Source: Chrysemys picta bellii
Taxonomy: Eukaryota
Direction: 5' to 3'
Assembly (NCBI RefSeq): GCF_011386835.1
Contig: NC_088801.1
Span: 34,720,001-34,784,000 of the forward strand
DNA: 64,000 bases
A program made the translations under genes and the position numbers. Shown in pieces: positions 62,431 to 64,000 of this stretch; the stretch's first letter is position 1, and each line of letters starts with the position of its first letter. The notes under the pieces were generated by a model. That model searched no databases, was not told where the DNA came from, and saw nothing but the letters and a program-made list of their open reading frames with translations.

Positions 62431-64000
62431 TATCCTAAAGCTGACTAAATGCTTATATCTCAGTGGCAATATTCTCAGCTACAGATTCCTGGCTAATCAA
62501 AGATGGTAAAACACACAAGATACACCTTGTATCCAGGGGTAGTGAGCAGTCAAGCAGGATCCTAAGGTTTCGTACTACCTTGACAACAGATGGTCAGATG
62601 CCCTCAATCAAAAGGGAAAGTTTTTTACCTTTTTTCAGCTCTTCTCAATTTTTCATTTCTTTTTTCTTCTTGAATTAAAGTTGGGGCCAGTTGCTCATCA
62701 TCTTTTCACTTATATCTTCCAGACAACCTAGGTTTTTGATGTGCTACTTATTGATTATACCTGGTCATATGTTTAACAAACAAATCCTTCTCAATGGGTC
62801 ACACAGTCCAGCCATTAATCCAGACAATGGCCTTCAAGTCAGACTCAGAGGCAAGAGTAAAAAAAAAATAAAAAAAAATCGGCTTTTTCCATCTCTGTTG
62901 AGTGTTCACCACAGATTCAATTTAAACTGATCCTACTAGTCACAAGCAGCAGCCTCAGAAAATCCCCACGTTCAAAGGGGGGCGGAGAGGGGAGAGAAGC
63001 TTTGACAAAGTTTTCAGATGAAAAGAATATTTTGTTTTATGAGTACAGAGCAGACTCAAATCAAGGCTGATTTTAAGTAGTGTGTGGTGAATGTCTCCCA
63101 TACTTCCAAACAGTGAAGCCATAGTTATGTGGAAAATCTTAAAACTTAAACAATCTCAACATAAGAATATATTTGCCAGACTAGCTAAGAGGCATCACAG
63201 GACCAGGCAATACCCTGCGTCAGCTGTAGTCACTCCGCATGCCTCATCATATTTCTATCATTTTGCATCCCAACAGTTGCAGGGGTTGGGCATATTAGTT
63301 ATGTCTCAAAATTTTCAAACCTGGGTGTCTGAAGTTAGGCTTGCTAAATCAGTATTTAGTCTCCTAAATGGCAGTGGTCTGATTTTCAAGGGAGCTAAAG
63401 GAAAGCCAATGAAAGCAGCAGGTTCTAAACGTTGCTAGCCTAAAGCTGGTGGACGCAGTTTTGATGCACTGCCTCTTGTGCTGGAAATGCCTTCCTAACA
63501 CCTGTGTAAGGAGAGGGAGAGGGTGTGTTTGGGGAAGGAATCAAGTGAGACTTTGCTGCACCCAGGTCTTCACTGTAAAAGGTCACTGAAGCACCATACA
63601 TCAGTAGCATACGTTACAACTGCTCTCTGCAGCATTAACTTGCCCTGGGGATAGTGGCTGAGAATCAGGGAACCACAACCAGTTTCCTAACACTCCAACC
63701 CCCCTCCCTCACCACACACACATACACTTCCTTCACTGTGCCCAAGCTCTGAGACTCAAGCTGTATTATAGTAGTGCCCAGAGATCCCAAACAGAATGGG
63801 GGTGCAGTTATACAAACATAGCTGTAGACTGGGTCCCTGCACCGAATACTTTAAAGTCTAACAGCTGATTGCCTCGCTGTTTGTCACCCCCGCTCTCACT
63901 CTCATGCACTCAAATTGAACTGCCTTGTATAATTCCCAGCTTTAAGAGACTTCTGAAGTGAATGTTGCACTCACACACTCTGGCCCCAGCTCTTGAGCAA

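Overview
Eukaryotic, AT-rich, repeat-dense genomic DNA, not microbial. The repeat families look like those of a turtle or other non-avian reptile; this is pattern recognition, not a database result. The window reads as intronic or intergenic. No protein-coding gene can be named, and only a few low-confidence candidate exons are supportable. Supportable content: (i) several Penelope-like (PLE) terminal-repeat fragments, two with a complete minimal hammerhead-ribozyme core and 10-bp target-site duplications (TSDs), and one inverted head-to-head insertion with a 12-bp TSD; (ii) a decayed, internally deleted DIRS-type retrotransposon (about 38.8-41.6 kb, minus strand) keeping inverted terminal repeats and ORF1 remnants but no visible RT or recombinase; (iii) hAT-type and PIF/Harbinger-type MITEs, some with perfect TSDs; (iv) a TG...CA solo LTR with a 5-bp TSD; (v) old CR1, L2 and MIR-like fragments, microsatellites and four N-runs. 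No CRISPR array, rRNA, intact tRNA gene or operon was seen. I found no convincing new biological system; the embedded hammerhead motifs and the PLE/DIRS architectures are the most interesting items, and they belong to known classes.
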